DNA of 64,000 bases. It comes from Candidatus Micrarchaeia archaeon (GTDB taxonomy: Archaea; Micrarchaeota; Micrarchaeia; CABMEP01). The stretch's first letter is position 1. Each line of letters begins with the position of its first letter. Position numbers and translations under genes: made by a program. The stretch covers positions 1-64,000 of the forward strand of contig JAVZXS010000001.1 in NCBI GenBank assembly GCA_038886535.1, written 5' to 3'. This document shows, piece after piece, positions 17,662 through 27,149 of this stretch. The notes below the pieces were generated by a model. That model was not told the origin of the DNA. It saw nothing but the letters and a program-made list of their open reading frames with translations, and did not search any database.

Positions 17662-18189
17662 TTACAATCCGAGCATACTAGCTACTATTTCTGGCTTAAA
17701 TATTGAAAGGTTATTTATATCTGCTATCGCACTAGAAACAACAAGCGATACTAAATATATAACTGCAGCAACTATTATAGCAACTGCAATATTACCATTC
17801 TTTATTTCACCTAATTCATCTATACCTACAGTCATTGAATCTAAAACTCTTATTGCAACATAGATTGCCAATATCGCAATTAAAACAACAACACCTAATT
17901 GTATAATTGCCATTATAAAAGAAATTATGAATAAAGGAATGGAAACCCCACGAAGAAGAATGTTATCGAATTGAGCCACTCCTTGCTTGACAATATTACC
18001 TATTGAGAGTATAAGAGAAGCAAGAATAATTGCAACTGCAATATTTCCTTTTTTTAGTTCTTTTATTTCATCTATACCTTTAGTCATTTTATCATAAAAT
18101 CTAAGACCAAGATATACCGATAATACAGCAAACAATATCCCTATAAAAATTTGTAGAAGGAAAATTATTATTGAAAAGCTAAGATCCAT
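17662..18189 (-). CDS. DUF350-like membrane protein with internal duplication
   Basis: Two copies of MTxGIDExxE(L/I)KxGNIAVAII. Confidence 0.85.
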   Translation of the reverse strand: MDLSFSIIIFLLQIFIGILFAVLSVYLGLRFYDKMTKGIDEIKELKKGNIAVAIILASLILSIGNIVKQGVAQFDNILLRGVSIPLFIISFIMAIIQLGVVVLIAILAIYVAIRVLDSMTVGIDELGEIKNGNIAVAIIVAAVIYLVSLVVSSAIADINNLSIFKPEIVASMLGL

Positions 18190-18314
18190 TATACCACCGT
18201 TTTTTATATATTTAGTCACATATATTTATTAGGTAGACATTGCACTGATAAATATATATAAAGTATGTTTTTATTTCTTTCTAATAATGCAAATAAATTT
18301 ACAAAGGAGATAAA

Positions 18315-19478
18315 ATGTTAATCGGAATAACAGGCAAACCATCAAGTGGAAAATCAACTTTCTTCTCCGCAGCAACAACAGTAGATGTTCCAATAAGTCC
18401 ACGTCCATTTACAACAATAGATCCTAATAAAGGAATTACTTATGTTGAAGTTGATTGTCCTTGTAAAGAACTAGGAGTCGTATGCAATCCTAAAAATGGG
18501 AAATGTGTTAATGGAAAAAGATTTATTCCAATAAATCTATTAGATATTGCAGGCTTGGTACCTGGTGCACATGAAGGGAAGGGACTTGGGAATCGTTTTC
18601 TAGATGATATTAGGTCAGCCGACGTTCTTATTCAAGTTGTAGATGCTAGCGGAAAAACAGACGCAGAAGGTAATCCAACTGAGAATTATGACCCTATTGA
18701 AGAAGTTATATTTCTTGAAGAAGAATTAATTTATTGGATAGATAGTATCATAAAAAGAGGATGGAGTAAGATCAAAGGTAGAGATATAAAAGCGATCCAT
18801 GAAATATTAACAGGATTAAATATATCGATGGATGAAATAGAAAAAACAGCAAAGAAGTTGAATCTTCCTTTAGAAAGAATAAATTGGAGTGATAATCAAA
18901 TACTTGAATTTTGTAGAGAAATAAAAAAAGAAGCAATACCAGTTATAATTGCAGCAAACAAAATAGACATTCCTGGAGCAAGAGAAAATTATCTAAAATT
19001 AAAAGAAAAATTTCCAGATAAGTTAATAATCCCGACTTATGCAGATGGTGAGCTAGCTTTAAGGAAAGCTGCTAAAAATAATATCATTAGATATACTCCT
19101 GGCGAAAATCATTTTGAAATAATAAATGCTAATGAACAACAAAGACAAGCATTAGAGAGGATAAAAAAAGTCATAGAATCAAATGGTGGAACAAGAATTC
19201 AAGAAGTAATAAATAAAGCAGTTTTTGATTTTTTAGGTTTAATAGTTGTTTATCCTGTAAGTGATGAAAATAAATTTTCAGATAATTTTGGAAATATACT
19301 ACCAGATGCGATATTAGTAAAGAAAGGAACAACCGCACTTCAGTTTGCAGCAAAAATACATACAGACCTTGCGAAAAATTTTATATATGCAATAGATGCA
19401 AAGAGAAAAATAAGAATAGGAAGAGATCATATTCTAAATAACGGGGATGTTATTAGAATAGTTTCAGCAATAAAGTAA
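18315..19478 (+). CDS. ychF: Obg-family YchF-like GTPase/ATPase with TGS domain
   Basis: GKPSSGKST, PFTTIDPN, DIAGLVPGAHEGKGLGNRFL, NKID, IHTDL. Confidence 0.93.
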   Translation: MLIGITGKPSSGKSTFFSAATTVDVPISPRPFTTIDPNKGITYVEVDCPCKELGVVCNPKNGKCVNGKRFIPINLLDIAGLVPGAHEGKGLGNRFLDDIRSADVLIQVVDASGKTDAEGNPTENYDPIEEVIFLEEELIYWIDSIIKRGWSKIKGRDIKAIHEILTGLNISMDEIEKTAKKLNLPLERINWSDNQILEFCREIKKEAIPVIIAANKIDIPGARENYLKLKEKFPDKLIIPTYADGELALRKAAKNNIIRYTPGENHFEIINANEQQRQALERIKKVIESNGGTRIQEVINKAVFDFLGLIVVYPVSDENKFSDNFGNILPDAILVKKGTTALQFAAKIHTDLAKNFIYAIDAKRKIRIGRDHILNNGDVIRIVSAIK

Positions 19479-19493
19479 CGGCAATAAAGTAGT

Positions 19494-19808
19494 TTACAAT
19501 CTATATATTTGTAAGTGTGGTATCTTTTCTTTTCCTATATATTTACAGTTTTTTATATCGAATCCAAGATCTTGTATTAATTTTATCGATTCTTTTCCTA
19601 CTACATTTATAGAAGAAGCAGATTTAATTTTTTCTTTTAATTCGTTAACATCTTCTATAATCTTACCTTCGTAAAATTTTTTATACTTAATTAAATCAAG
19701 GCATAATTCACCTTCTCTATATTTCTTTCCTAGTACTGACTCATCACATATAGCTATTACAATTTGTTTATTTCGTTCCATAATGTTTACTAATACTCTT
19801 TCTTTCAT
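19494..19808 (-). CDS. DUF424 family protein
   Basis: AICDESVLGK, FYEG, NVVG, IPHLQI. Confidence 0.85.
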   Translation of the reverse strand: MKERVLVNIMERNKQIVIAICDESVLGKKYREGELCLDLIKYKKFYEGKIIEDVNELKEKIKSASSINVVGKESIKLIQDLGFDIKNCKYIGKEKIPHLQIYRL

Positions 19809-19830
19809 TATAAACCCTTTTGTAATTTAA

Positions 19831-20475
19831 CTAATTCAATTTAGAAATTATCTCCTCTTCATTCATAAAACCAAAATTAATTTGATCATTTATAATAATT
19901 ATTGGTAATGAACTATCTGTTATTTCATATTTCTTCTTTAATGCATTTATTAAACTTGTATTTATCGAAAGATCAAAAGTATATACTTTAGTATTCGTCT
20001 TAGTTCTTGCAGATGTTATGATCTCTCCTTGTTTCTTACAAATTTGACAGATTTCACTATTTACAAAATATAAGATTAAATTCTGCTTTTCTCCACAGAT
20101 TTGGTTTACTTTTTTAGCTAATAAATAATCTCTAAATTCTAGTTCCATATAATTTATTTTAACTTCTTCATCTATACCTTTTCTATCTTCCATAAATTCT
20201 ATCTGTTTTCCAAGTTCATATGTCTCTGCGTCAAATTTAACAATTTCACTTTTTATGTATTCGCAATAACTTTTATCATTTTCAAGTAGTAATAAATTTC
20301 CAACTGCAATAACTTTGTTATTTAAATTTGCTATTTTTTCAATCATTTGCTCATAGACAGTTTTTTCTATTTGTAATCCAAACCATATACCTATGCTAAA
20401 TATTAGTAAAGATATAACAAAAGCAGTCAAATATAAGTCCCAGCTAATCTTTCTTTCTAATTTCTTTAATGCCAT
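19831..20475 (-). CDS. Membrane-anchored protein with C-terminal thioredoxin-like CxxC domain
   Basis: N-terminal TM helix; CQIC and LPIIIIN cis-Pro motif. Confidence 0.7.
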   Translation of the reverse strand: MALKKLERKISWDLYLTAFVISLLIFSIGIWFGLQIEKTVYEQMIEKIANLNNKVIAVGNLLLLENDKSYCEYIKSEIVKFDAETYELGKQIEFMEDRKGIDEEVKINYMELEFRDYLLAKKVNQICGEKQNLILYFVNSEICQICKKQGEIITSARTKTNTKVYTFDLSINTSLINALKKKYEITDSSLPIIIINDQINFGFMNEEEIISKLN

Positions 20476-20494
20476 AAAATCACCAAATATTCTT

Positions 20495-21676
20495 TTACCA
20501 TCTTTGTTTTTCTCCTTTTAATTCTTTAAATATAGCAATAAACATAAATAACGTTATTAGATAGCAATATAATATAGTATATATTATCAAATACCTTTTC
20601 TTTATTCTATTTTCCTTCATCTCTTTTAATGCAATTACTGTCCATGCTAACGTGATAATAAGAACTATTGCTGACAATATATGGATAGGTTCTATAGTGA
20701 GAAGAAGTTTGTCAAAAACTAAAAAATTACCTTTTGAAACTGCAGTAGCTACGGCCAAAGAAACAACAATTAATAGAACTATAGAAAGTACACTATAAAA
20801 CATTACAAATACTCCAAAGTCACCGTATTTAGGATTTATAGTATAGGCATACTTAAGTACATTCCTAAATCCACCACGATGCCATCTTTCTCTTTGTCTC
20901 ATGAATGAAGAAAAGTCTTTAGGAACATCAGTATAAACAACAGCATCCATGCAACTCTCTATTTTATAATTTGCAGCCTGTATTCTCAATGCAATTTCTT
21001 GATCTTCCATTATATTATTAGGGTCAAATCCGCCAACAATGTCAAATATTTCTCTTCTGAAAGCACTGAACGGACCTGGTGTTACATAAACTCCATTAAT
21101 CATAGCAAATAATCTTCTATTAAATATTGTAAATAAATATTCTAATCTTTGGAGCTTCTCAAGGAAAGTCATATTTTCTCTTTCCTTCACTTTTACAGCT
21201 GAGGTAACAGCTGCTACATCATCTTTAAAGTAAGAAATCATTTTTCTTAGACTATCTTTTTCAATGTATGAATCAGCGTCTAAAGTCACTATAATCTCTC
21301 CTTTAGCTTTTTCTATTCCTTTATTCAAAGAATCTGCTTTTCCACTATTTTTCTTATTTATCAATTTAACTCTTTTATCTTTAATCGTCTTTACAACTTC
21401 AGCAGTTCTATCAGTAGATCCATCATTTACGACAATAATCTCAATTTTGTCTTTTGGATAGTCTGATTCCAAAACAGATTTTATAGTATCTAATATAGTT
21501 TCTTCTTCATTATATGCAGGAATGATAAAGCTCACAGTAGGTTCATATTTAGTTCTTTTTGCACGCTTTCTAACTTTTTGTCTATTTTTCAAATATATTA
21601 ATAGCATTGTTGTAGTAAAAAAAAGAACTAAGAACATCATAATATATTCTATTACTCTATTAAATTGAAGGTTCAT
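20495..21676 (-). CDS. Processive GT2 glycosyltransferase (cellulose synthase/PgaC-like)
   Basis: IPAYNEE, NDGSTD, DAD, ED, QRERW, flanking TM helices. Confidence 0.93.
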   Translation of the reverse strand: MNLQFNRVIEYIMMFLVLFFTTTMLLIYLKNRQKVRKRAKRTKYEPTVSFIIPAYNEEETILDTIKSVLESDYPKDKIEIIVVNDGSTDRTAEVVKTIKDKRVKLINKKNSGKADSLNKGIEKAKGEIIVTLDADSYIEKDSLRKMISYFKDDVAAVTSAVKVKERENMTFLEKLQRLEYLFTIFNRRLFAMINGVYVTPGPFSAFRREIFDIVGGFDPNNIMEDQEIALRIQAANYKIESCMDAVVYTDVPKDFSSFMRQRERWHRGGFRNVLKYAYTINPKYGDFGVFVMFYSVLSIVLLIVVSLAVATAVSKGNFLVFDKLLLTIEPIHILSAIVLIITLAWTVIALKEMKENRIKKRYLIIYTILYCYLITLFMFIAIFKELKGEKQRW

Positions 21677-21686
21677 TTTAATCCTC

Positions 21687-22853
21687 TTATATTCTTTTTA
21701 CATCCATAAATTCTCTCAAAGCACTAGTTGCGTATGCTCCTTTTGTTAATTTAAACTTTAATTCGTATTCATCTTTATCTTTCTTAATATTTAAATCCTT
21801 TACATTAACAAGCAATGGACGCCAAGAACCTTTTAGGCTAATATCAGGGAGATCACGAAGTTTAAAATCACCAATCTCTATACCTTCTTCCCATAGTATA
21901 TCTTTTACTATATTATTTGGTTTACTATCATATCCAACTATTTGAGCGCAAACAACGTCATTTCCAGGAGTATTTACATCTATAAATCCATATTTATTAA
22001 ACCCACAAGTTTTATCATTTGGCATAGGTTCAAGCAAATAGTTTTTTATTCTATAACTTAATTCTAAATTAAATAAGTATGATTGATATGATTCAAGTAT
22101 TAATTTTAAAATAGAATGAGGAATGATTTTTAAAGCACGCATAAAATCCTTAGGATCTTTCTTATCTTTAAGAAATCTAACAATTTTTTTCTCATATAAA
22201 CCAAAATTATTTAAATTATCAATATCATCTATATTTTCATTTTCAGGTATTTGAAGTAGATTTTTAATTGCAGCTTCATAATTCTTTAACAACAAGTACC
22301 TTGCAACTTTAACATTCGTAAATCTAATTCCAAATCTCTGCGGTCCAAAATAATTAGGTATTTTATCTTTATTATCTTTCATTATTTCATCAATATTATC
22401 AATATTTTCAACATCTTTAATTCTTACAGCAAAACAATTTCCAGTTAATTCACCTGTCTTAATCTTATATTCTGTATTCCATGATTTCACTATTTCTATA
22501 TTTTTTACATCCTTAACTGCATTAAGGAGTTTTTCAGGTGTAATATCTTTACCTTTCCAGCAAGAAACTAATTGATATGTTATAGCATTTTTATCCTTTT
22601 GTCCAGCAACACTAAATCTATCTATTTCTACCTGAAGTCGTTCTGATATAATTTTTAGTGCTTCATAAGTAGTATAATTTTTCTTTTTTAATACAAATGT
22701 AATATATTCTGTTTCTTTCTCTTCTTTGAGATTCAGCTCTTTTACATTTTTCCCATCAAAAATTTCTTCAACTATAAATCCTTCGGGTTCTTCAATTCTT
22801 TTTCCACCACAACCTTTCTTTTTAGAGAGGTGTGATAAAGAGTTAAAATCCAT
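21687..22853 (-). CDS. truD: tRNA pseudouridine(13) synthase
   Basis: FIVEE, AGQKDKNAITYQ, GNCF, PNYFGPQRFG, GAYATSALRE. Confidence 0.95.
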   Translation of the reverse strand: MDFNSLSHLSKKKGCGGKRIEEPEGFIVEEIFDGKNVKELNLKEEKETEYITFVLKKKNYTTYEALKIISERLQVEIDRFSVAGQKDKNAITYQLVSCWKGKDITPEKLLNAVKDVKNIEIVKSWNTEYKIKTGELTGNCFAVRIKDVENIDNIDEIMKDNKDKIPNYFGPQRFGIRFTNVKVARYLLLKNYEAAIKNLLQIPENENIDDIDNLNNFGLYEKKIVRFLKDKKDPKDFMRALKIIPHSILKLILESYQSYLFNLELSYRIKNYLLEPMPNDKTCGFNKYGFIDVNTPGNDVVCAQIVGYDSKPNNIVKDILWEEGIEIGDFKLRDLPDISLKGSWRPLLVNVKDLNIKKDKDEYELKFKLTKGAYATSALREFMDVKRI

Positions 22854-23017
22854 TAGATCCCCAATTAAATTTCTTCTAAAACTATTAAAACATTTCAAAT
22901 AGAAAGATTACTTGAAGAAAGGGTTGATGTATTTATATTCTTAATTTTAATTTTTAGTGGAAGTATGGGAAGCACGGCTAAAAGAAAAAATATTTATATT
23001 AATTAGATTAATCTAGT

Positions 23018-23033
23018 AAGATTTATAAATCTT
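23018..23033. promoter_or_regulatory. Palindromic TATA element
   Basis: AAGATTTATAAATCTT, a perfect 16-bp palindrome containing TTTATAAA between divergent truD and rtcA. Confidence 0.55.
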
Positions 23034-23050
23034 TTAGATATTATACTAAT

Positions 23051-23128
23051 AGAGGGTACATCGAATTTTGTACATCTGCCTCAAATTGGTCGCCTCGCCA
23101 GTGCGAATGCACTGGCCTCTTTCTTTTC
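23051..23128 (+). ncRNA. Candidate small structured RNA or rtcA leader
   Basis: GC-rich island with hairpins GTACA/TGTAC and GCCAGTGC-GAAT-GCACTGGC, closing AGAG/CTCT pairing, T-rich tail, TATA box about 25 nt upstream. Confidence 0.45.
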
Positions 23129-23145
23129 ACAATAGGTGAAATTCA

Positions 23146-24159
23146 ATGGATCCAATTATAATAGATGGCTCGATAGGTGAAGGAGGAGGTCAGATATTAA
23201 GAGTCGCATTGGCTCTTTCTTGTATTACTGGGATTCCATTTAATATAAAAAATATAAGGGTAAAAAGACCAAAACCAGGCTTGCAACCTCAACATCTCAC
23301 TTCTGTAAATTCACTTTCATTGATTACAAAGGCAGAAGTACATGGAAACACGATAGGTTCTACAGAACTGTTTTTCAAACCTAATAAAATAATAGGAGGG
23401 TATTATGAATTCGATATAGGAACAGCTGGGTCTATTTCACTTCTTATGCAATCAATCCTTCCAGTAATGTTATATGCAGATAGACCTTCTAAAATAACTT
23501 TCAAAGGTGGAACTCATGTTTCACATTCTCCTTCAATTGATTATTTCGAAAATATATTTTTACCTCTTATCAGAAAAATGAATGTTAACGCAGAAATACT
23601 TGTAGAAGAGTTTGGATGGTATCCAAAAGGAGGAGGAAAAGTAATTCTCTTTGTAAAACCATCTAATATTGATTCAATATCATTGACTGAAAAAATAAAT
23701 CTAAAATCAATAAATGGAATTATATCTCAATCAAACCTTCCTGAAGATATTATGGAGAGAGAAGAAAAAAGTATAAGAGAGATCTTTCCAGGTATTATTC
23801 TAAATAAAAGAAATAAAACATCATCTTCAGCAGGTAATTCCATAACTCTTTGGGCAGAATATGAAAATACAATATTAGGATATGATGTTTTAGGTGAAAA
23901 AGGTTTAAAAGCTGAAAAACTAGCTTTAAATTGTGCAAAAAACCTAAACAAATTAATAAAGTCAAAAGGATGTGTGGATGATTGGATGGGGGATCAACTT
24001 TTAATATATATGGCTTTAGCATCTGGAGAATCTAAAATAAAAGTTAATAAAATAACAGACCACATGCAATCATGTATGAACATAATCCCTCTCTTTACTA
24101 GAAAACAGTTTAAAGTAGATAGAGGAATCATTTCAGTAGATGGAATAGGAAATAAATAA
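23146..24159 (+). CDS. rtcA: RNA 3'-terminal phosphate cyclase
   Basis: DGSIGEGGGQILR, PGLQPQHL, GTAGSISL, GGTH, GWYPKGGG, DQL, catalytic His in TDH. Confidence 0.96.
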   Translation: MDPIIIDGSIGEGGGQILRVALALSCITGIPFNIKNIRVKRPKPGLQPQHLTSVNSLSLITKAEVHGNTIGSTELFFKPNKIIGGYYEFDIGTAGSISLLMQSILPVMLYADRPSKITFKGGTHVSHSPSIDYFENIFLPLIRKMNVNAEILVEEFGWYPKGGGKVILFVKPSNIDSISLTEKINLKSINGIISQSNLPEDIMEREEKSIREIFPGIILNKRNKTSSSAGNSITLWAEYENTILGYDVLGEKGLKAEKLALNCAKNLNKLIKSKGCVDDWMGDQLLIYMALASGESKIKVNKITDHMQSCMNIIPLFTRKQFKVDRGIISVDGIGNK

Positions 24160-24187
24160 AGAATTGATTATTTATATCAGTGGTTTT

Positions 24188-24832
24188 ATGAGATTACTTT
24201 TACTTGATGCAATAGGAATTTTTTCAGTATTAATAGCAGCATTTTTAGTATATATTCTTTCAGGTCCTTTTGCAATTCAAAATCTTATAATAGCATTAAT
24301 TTTTTTGATAATTGGAGTTGGGATAACAAAATATATGTATGAAGAAAAGAAAGAGAAAGGAGTATACGAACATGAGAGAAGTTGGCAAAATGTACTTTCA
24401 AACTCATTATTTCCACTTATTTCATGTGGATTTTATTATATAACTAATGAACCTGTATGGATATTATCTTATGTTTCTGCTTTTGCAGGTGCTATGGCAG
24501 ATAAATTTGCCTCTGAATTAGGTGTACTATCTCCAAATCCAATATCATTAGCTACACTCAAACCTGTAAGGCAAGGTACTTCTGGAGCAATTTCAATTTT
24601 AGGAACATACCTATCCTTTGTCGGCGCTTTAATAATAGGTCTTGTAGCATATTTTGTATATTCTTTTAATCCTTTGAATATATTATTAATAGGATTCTTT
24701 GGTTTTCTTGGAAGTTTAGCAGATTCGATAGCGGGAGTATTCGAAGAAAAAGGATTAGGAACTAAAAGTACATCGAATTTTATATGTACTCTTGTCGCTG
24801 GAATTTTAGCTTTTGTTTTCCTTAAATTTTAA
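24188..24832 (+). CDS. DUF92 family membrane protein
   Basis: RSWQNVLSN, ADKFASELG, GTSGAISILG, DSIAG. Confidence 0.88.
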   Translation: MRLLLLDAIGIFSVLIAAFLVYILSGPFAIQNLIIALIFLIIGVGITKYMYEEKKEKGVYEHERSWQNVLSNSLFPLISCGFYYITNEPVWILSYVSAFAGAMADKFASELGVLSPNPISLATLKPVRQGTSGAISILGTYLSFVGALIIGLVAYFVYSFNPLNILLIGFFGFLGSLADSIAGVFEEKGLGTKSTSNFICTLVAGILAFVFLKF

Positions 24833-24877
24833 TTTGTAAGTTATTAGACTTTTATTACTTTCTATCTAAATTTATTT

Positions 24878-26401
24878 ATGGCTTTTAAAATGGAAATAGA
24901 TAGAAGAAAATCTATTAATGAAATGATAAAGTCTTCATTCTGGGCATATGCAGGAATTTTTTTTATATTATTTTTAGGTCTAATATCAACTGTAATTCTT
25001 GCAAGGCTTTTAGATAAAGAAAATTGGGGTATCCTATCTACAATAATAGCAGTTGTTTCTTTTCTTTCTTCTATATCTGAAATAGGTTTAAATTACTATA
25101 TAGTTTACATTTCATCAAAGTATGATAAAAGCAAAAAAGAATTAAAAGAGAAATTAGCATCGCCCTTAAGATGGAAATTAACAATTATATTCTTAATCGC
25201 ATTCTTAATGTTCATATTTTCTGAAAACATAGCATCTTTCTTTAATATGCAAGACGGAGCTAAATATTTTCAAGCGGGTTCTATCTATTTTATATTTTAT
25301 AATCTTTTCATAGTTCTTTCAGGAATTCTTGATGGAATTAAGAAGTTTAGAGAGGAATCAATCATCTCTACAATTAATCAACTATTAAGACTAATATTGT
25401 CTGCAGGACTTGTGATTCTTGGGTTTGGTATAGATGGAGCTATAATAGGGTATATAATATCCGTTGTGATAGTGACTTTTATTCAATCATATATTCTAAG
25501 AAATTTGATTTCATTCTCAGGTAAGGACGAGGATTCATTACAGGATATGTTTTCATTTGGGTTCTTCTATGGAATAACTTCAATAGCAGCGACGTTTACG
25601 ATGTGGACGGATTCAATAATGATAGGATTCTTCCTAGGTACGACTTCGGTAGGTATATATCGAATTGCTGTTTCTATCGCTTCTTCTAGTTCTTCACTAC
25701 TTAGTGGAATAAGTAAGGTCAGTTTTCCATATTTCACTTCAGCTGAATCAGAAGGCAAAGACTCCTTTGAAAATTTAAATAAAGCAATCAAATATTTACT
25801 TTTCATATCTTTACCTGCAGTTTTTGGTCTAGCTTTACTTTCAGATTCAATAGTAAATGTTTTTTTCGGTCTGCAATATATAGATGCAGCATTTCCTTTA
25901 ATGATTTTATCTTACTTTATTTTTGATGGTGTTATTACAGGAATGATAAACTCATATTTAGGTGCAAAAAAACTAACGAAACAGATCGGAATTTGTGCAG
26001 TTTTGGCATCAGTTATAAACATAACCCTAAACTTAATTTTAATTCCAATCATTGGCATCATAGGTGCTGCAATAGCATCAGTGGTTTCAAGGGCATTAGG
26101 TTTAGTAGTTATGGTTAAATGGAGTGAGAAAATTCTAAAAGTTAGATTCATATTTCCGATAAAAGTTCCATTACTATCATCTTTAATAATGGCAGGAGCT
26201 ATATTATTATTAAGATTATTTTTCGATCCAGGCACTTCCTTTATTAATTTATTTTTATTTATCTTATTTGGGATAAGTATATATTTAATAACTGCAAATA
26301 TACTTGGATTTAAGGTTTTAGATTTTATTACTAAAATTTTGAATGCTTTAGTCCCACAAAAAATTTTAAGATCAGTACCTTATCTAAATAAGATTGAATA
26401 A
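24878..26401 (+). CDS. Wzx/MOP-superfamily flippase
   Basis: About 14 TM helices; LARLL..ENWG, TDSIMIGFFLG...VGIY, LNLILIP..GIIGAAIA. Confidence 0.9.
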   Translation: MAFKMEIDRRKSINEMIKSSFWAYAGIFFILFLGLISTVILARLLDKENWGILSTIIAVVSFLSSISEIGLNYYIVYISSKYDKSKKELKEKLASPLRWKLTIIFLIAFLMFIFSENIASFFNMQDGAKYFQAGSIYFIFYNLFIVLSGILDGIKKFREESIISTINQLLRLILSAGLVILGFGIDGAIIGYIISVVIVTFIQSYILRNLISFSGKDEDSLQDMFSFGFFYGITSIAATFTMWTDSIMIGFFLGTTSVGIYRIAVSIASSSSSLLSGISKVSFPYFTSAESEGKDSFENLNKAIKYLLFISLPAVFGLALLSDSIVNVFFGLQYIDAAFPLMILSYFIFDGVITGMINSYLGAKKLTKQIGICAVLASVINITLNLILIPIIGIIGAAIASVVSRALGLVVMVKWSEKILKVRFIFPIKVPLLSSLIMAGAILLLRLFFDPGTSFINLFLFILFGISIYLITANILGFKVLDFITKILNALVPQKILRSVPYLNKIE

Positions 26402-26420
26402 TAATTAAAAAGGTGAAAAA

Positions 26421-27119
26421 TTGAGCGGTATTCACTTGGCAATAATTCCAGATGGAAATAGAAGATGGGCTAGAAAGAAAGGAAAATCTATAAAAGAAGG
26501 ACATTGGGCGGGAATACAAAAACTCAAAAAATTAATTAAATGGTGTAAAGACTTAGATGTAACCACACTATCAATTTGGATACTTTCAACAGAAAATATG
26601 CAAAGGTCAAAGGAAGAATTAGATGCCCTTTTTGATCTTTTCAATAAAATGTTAGACGAATTACTTTCATCAAAAGATTTCGAAAAGGCAAGGAAAGAAA
26701 TAAGTATAACTTTCGTTGGAGATTTTTCAGTTTTTCCTAAAGAAATAAAAGATAAAATTGATAAAATACATAAACTAACTTCGAATAATAATAAATACAA
26801 ACTTGGAATATTCTGCAATTATGGCGGAAGAAAAGAACTTATTGATGCAGCAAATAAAATGATAAAAGATGCAAAAATAGGCAAACTTAATGAAGTCAAT
26901 GAAAATATATTTTCAAAATATCTTTATGCACCACATTTAGGAGATCCCGACATTATATTTAGATCTGGTGGAGAAGTAAGATTAAGTGGTTTTATGCCTT
27001 GGCAATCAGTATATTCAGAATTATACTTTTGCAATAAATTATGGCCAGATATAACAAAGAAAGATTTTTATAATGCAATTGAGGAAATTAAAAAGAGGGA
27101 AAGAAGATTTGGAAGGTAA
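26421..27119 (+). CDS. uppS: cis-Prenyltransferase (polyprenyl diphosphate synthase)
   Basis: HLAIIPDGNRRWA, STEN, YGGR, RSGGEVRLSGF, RRFG. Confidence 0.96.
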   Translation: MSGIHLAIIPDGNRRWARKKGKSIKEGHWAGIQKLKKLIKWCKDLDVTTLSIWILSTENMQRSKEELDALFDLFNKMLDELLSSKDFEKARKEISITFVGDFSVFPKEIKDKIDKIHKLTSNNNKYKLGIFCNYGGRKELIDAANKMIKDAKIGKLNEVNENIFSKYLYAPHLGDPDIIFRSGGEVRLSGFMPWQSVYSELYFCNKLWPDITKKDFYNAIEEIKKRERRFGR

Positions 27120-27149
27120 GTTTTAATTATCCACAAATTAGATGAGTTT

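Noticed and set aside
19467..19491. 11-bp direct repeat GCAATAAAGTA at the ychF stop codon
   Set aside because: Short local duplication with no associated element.
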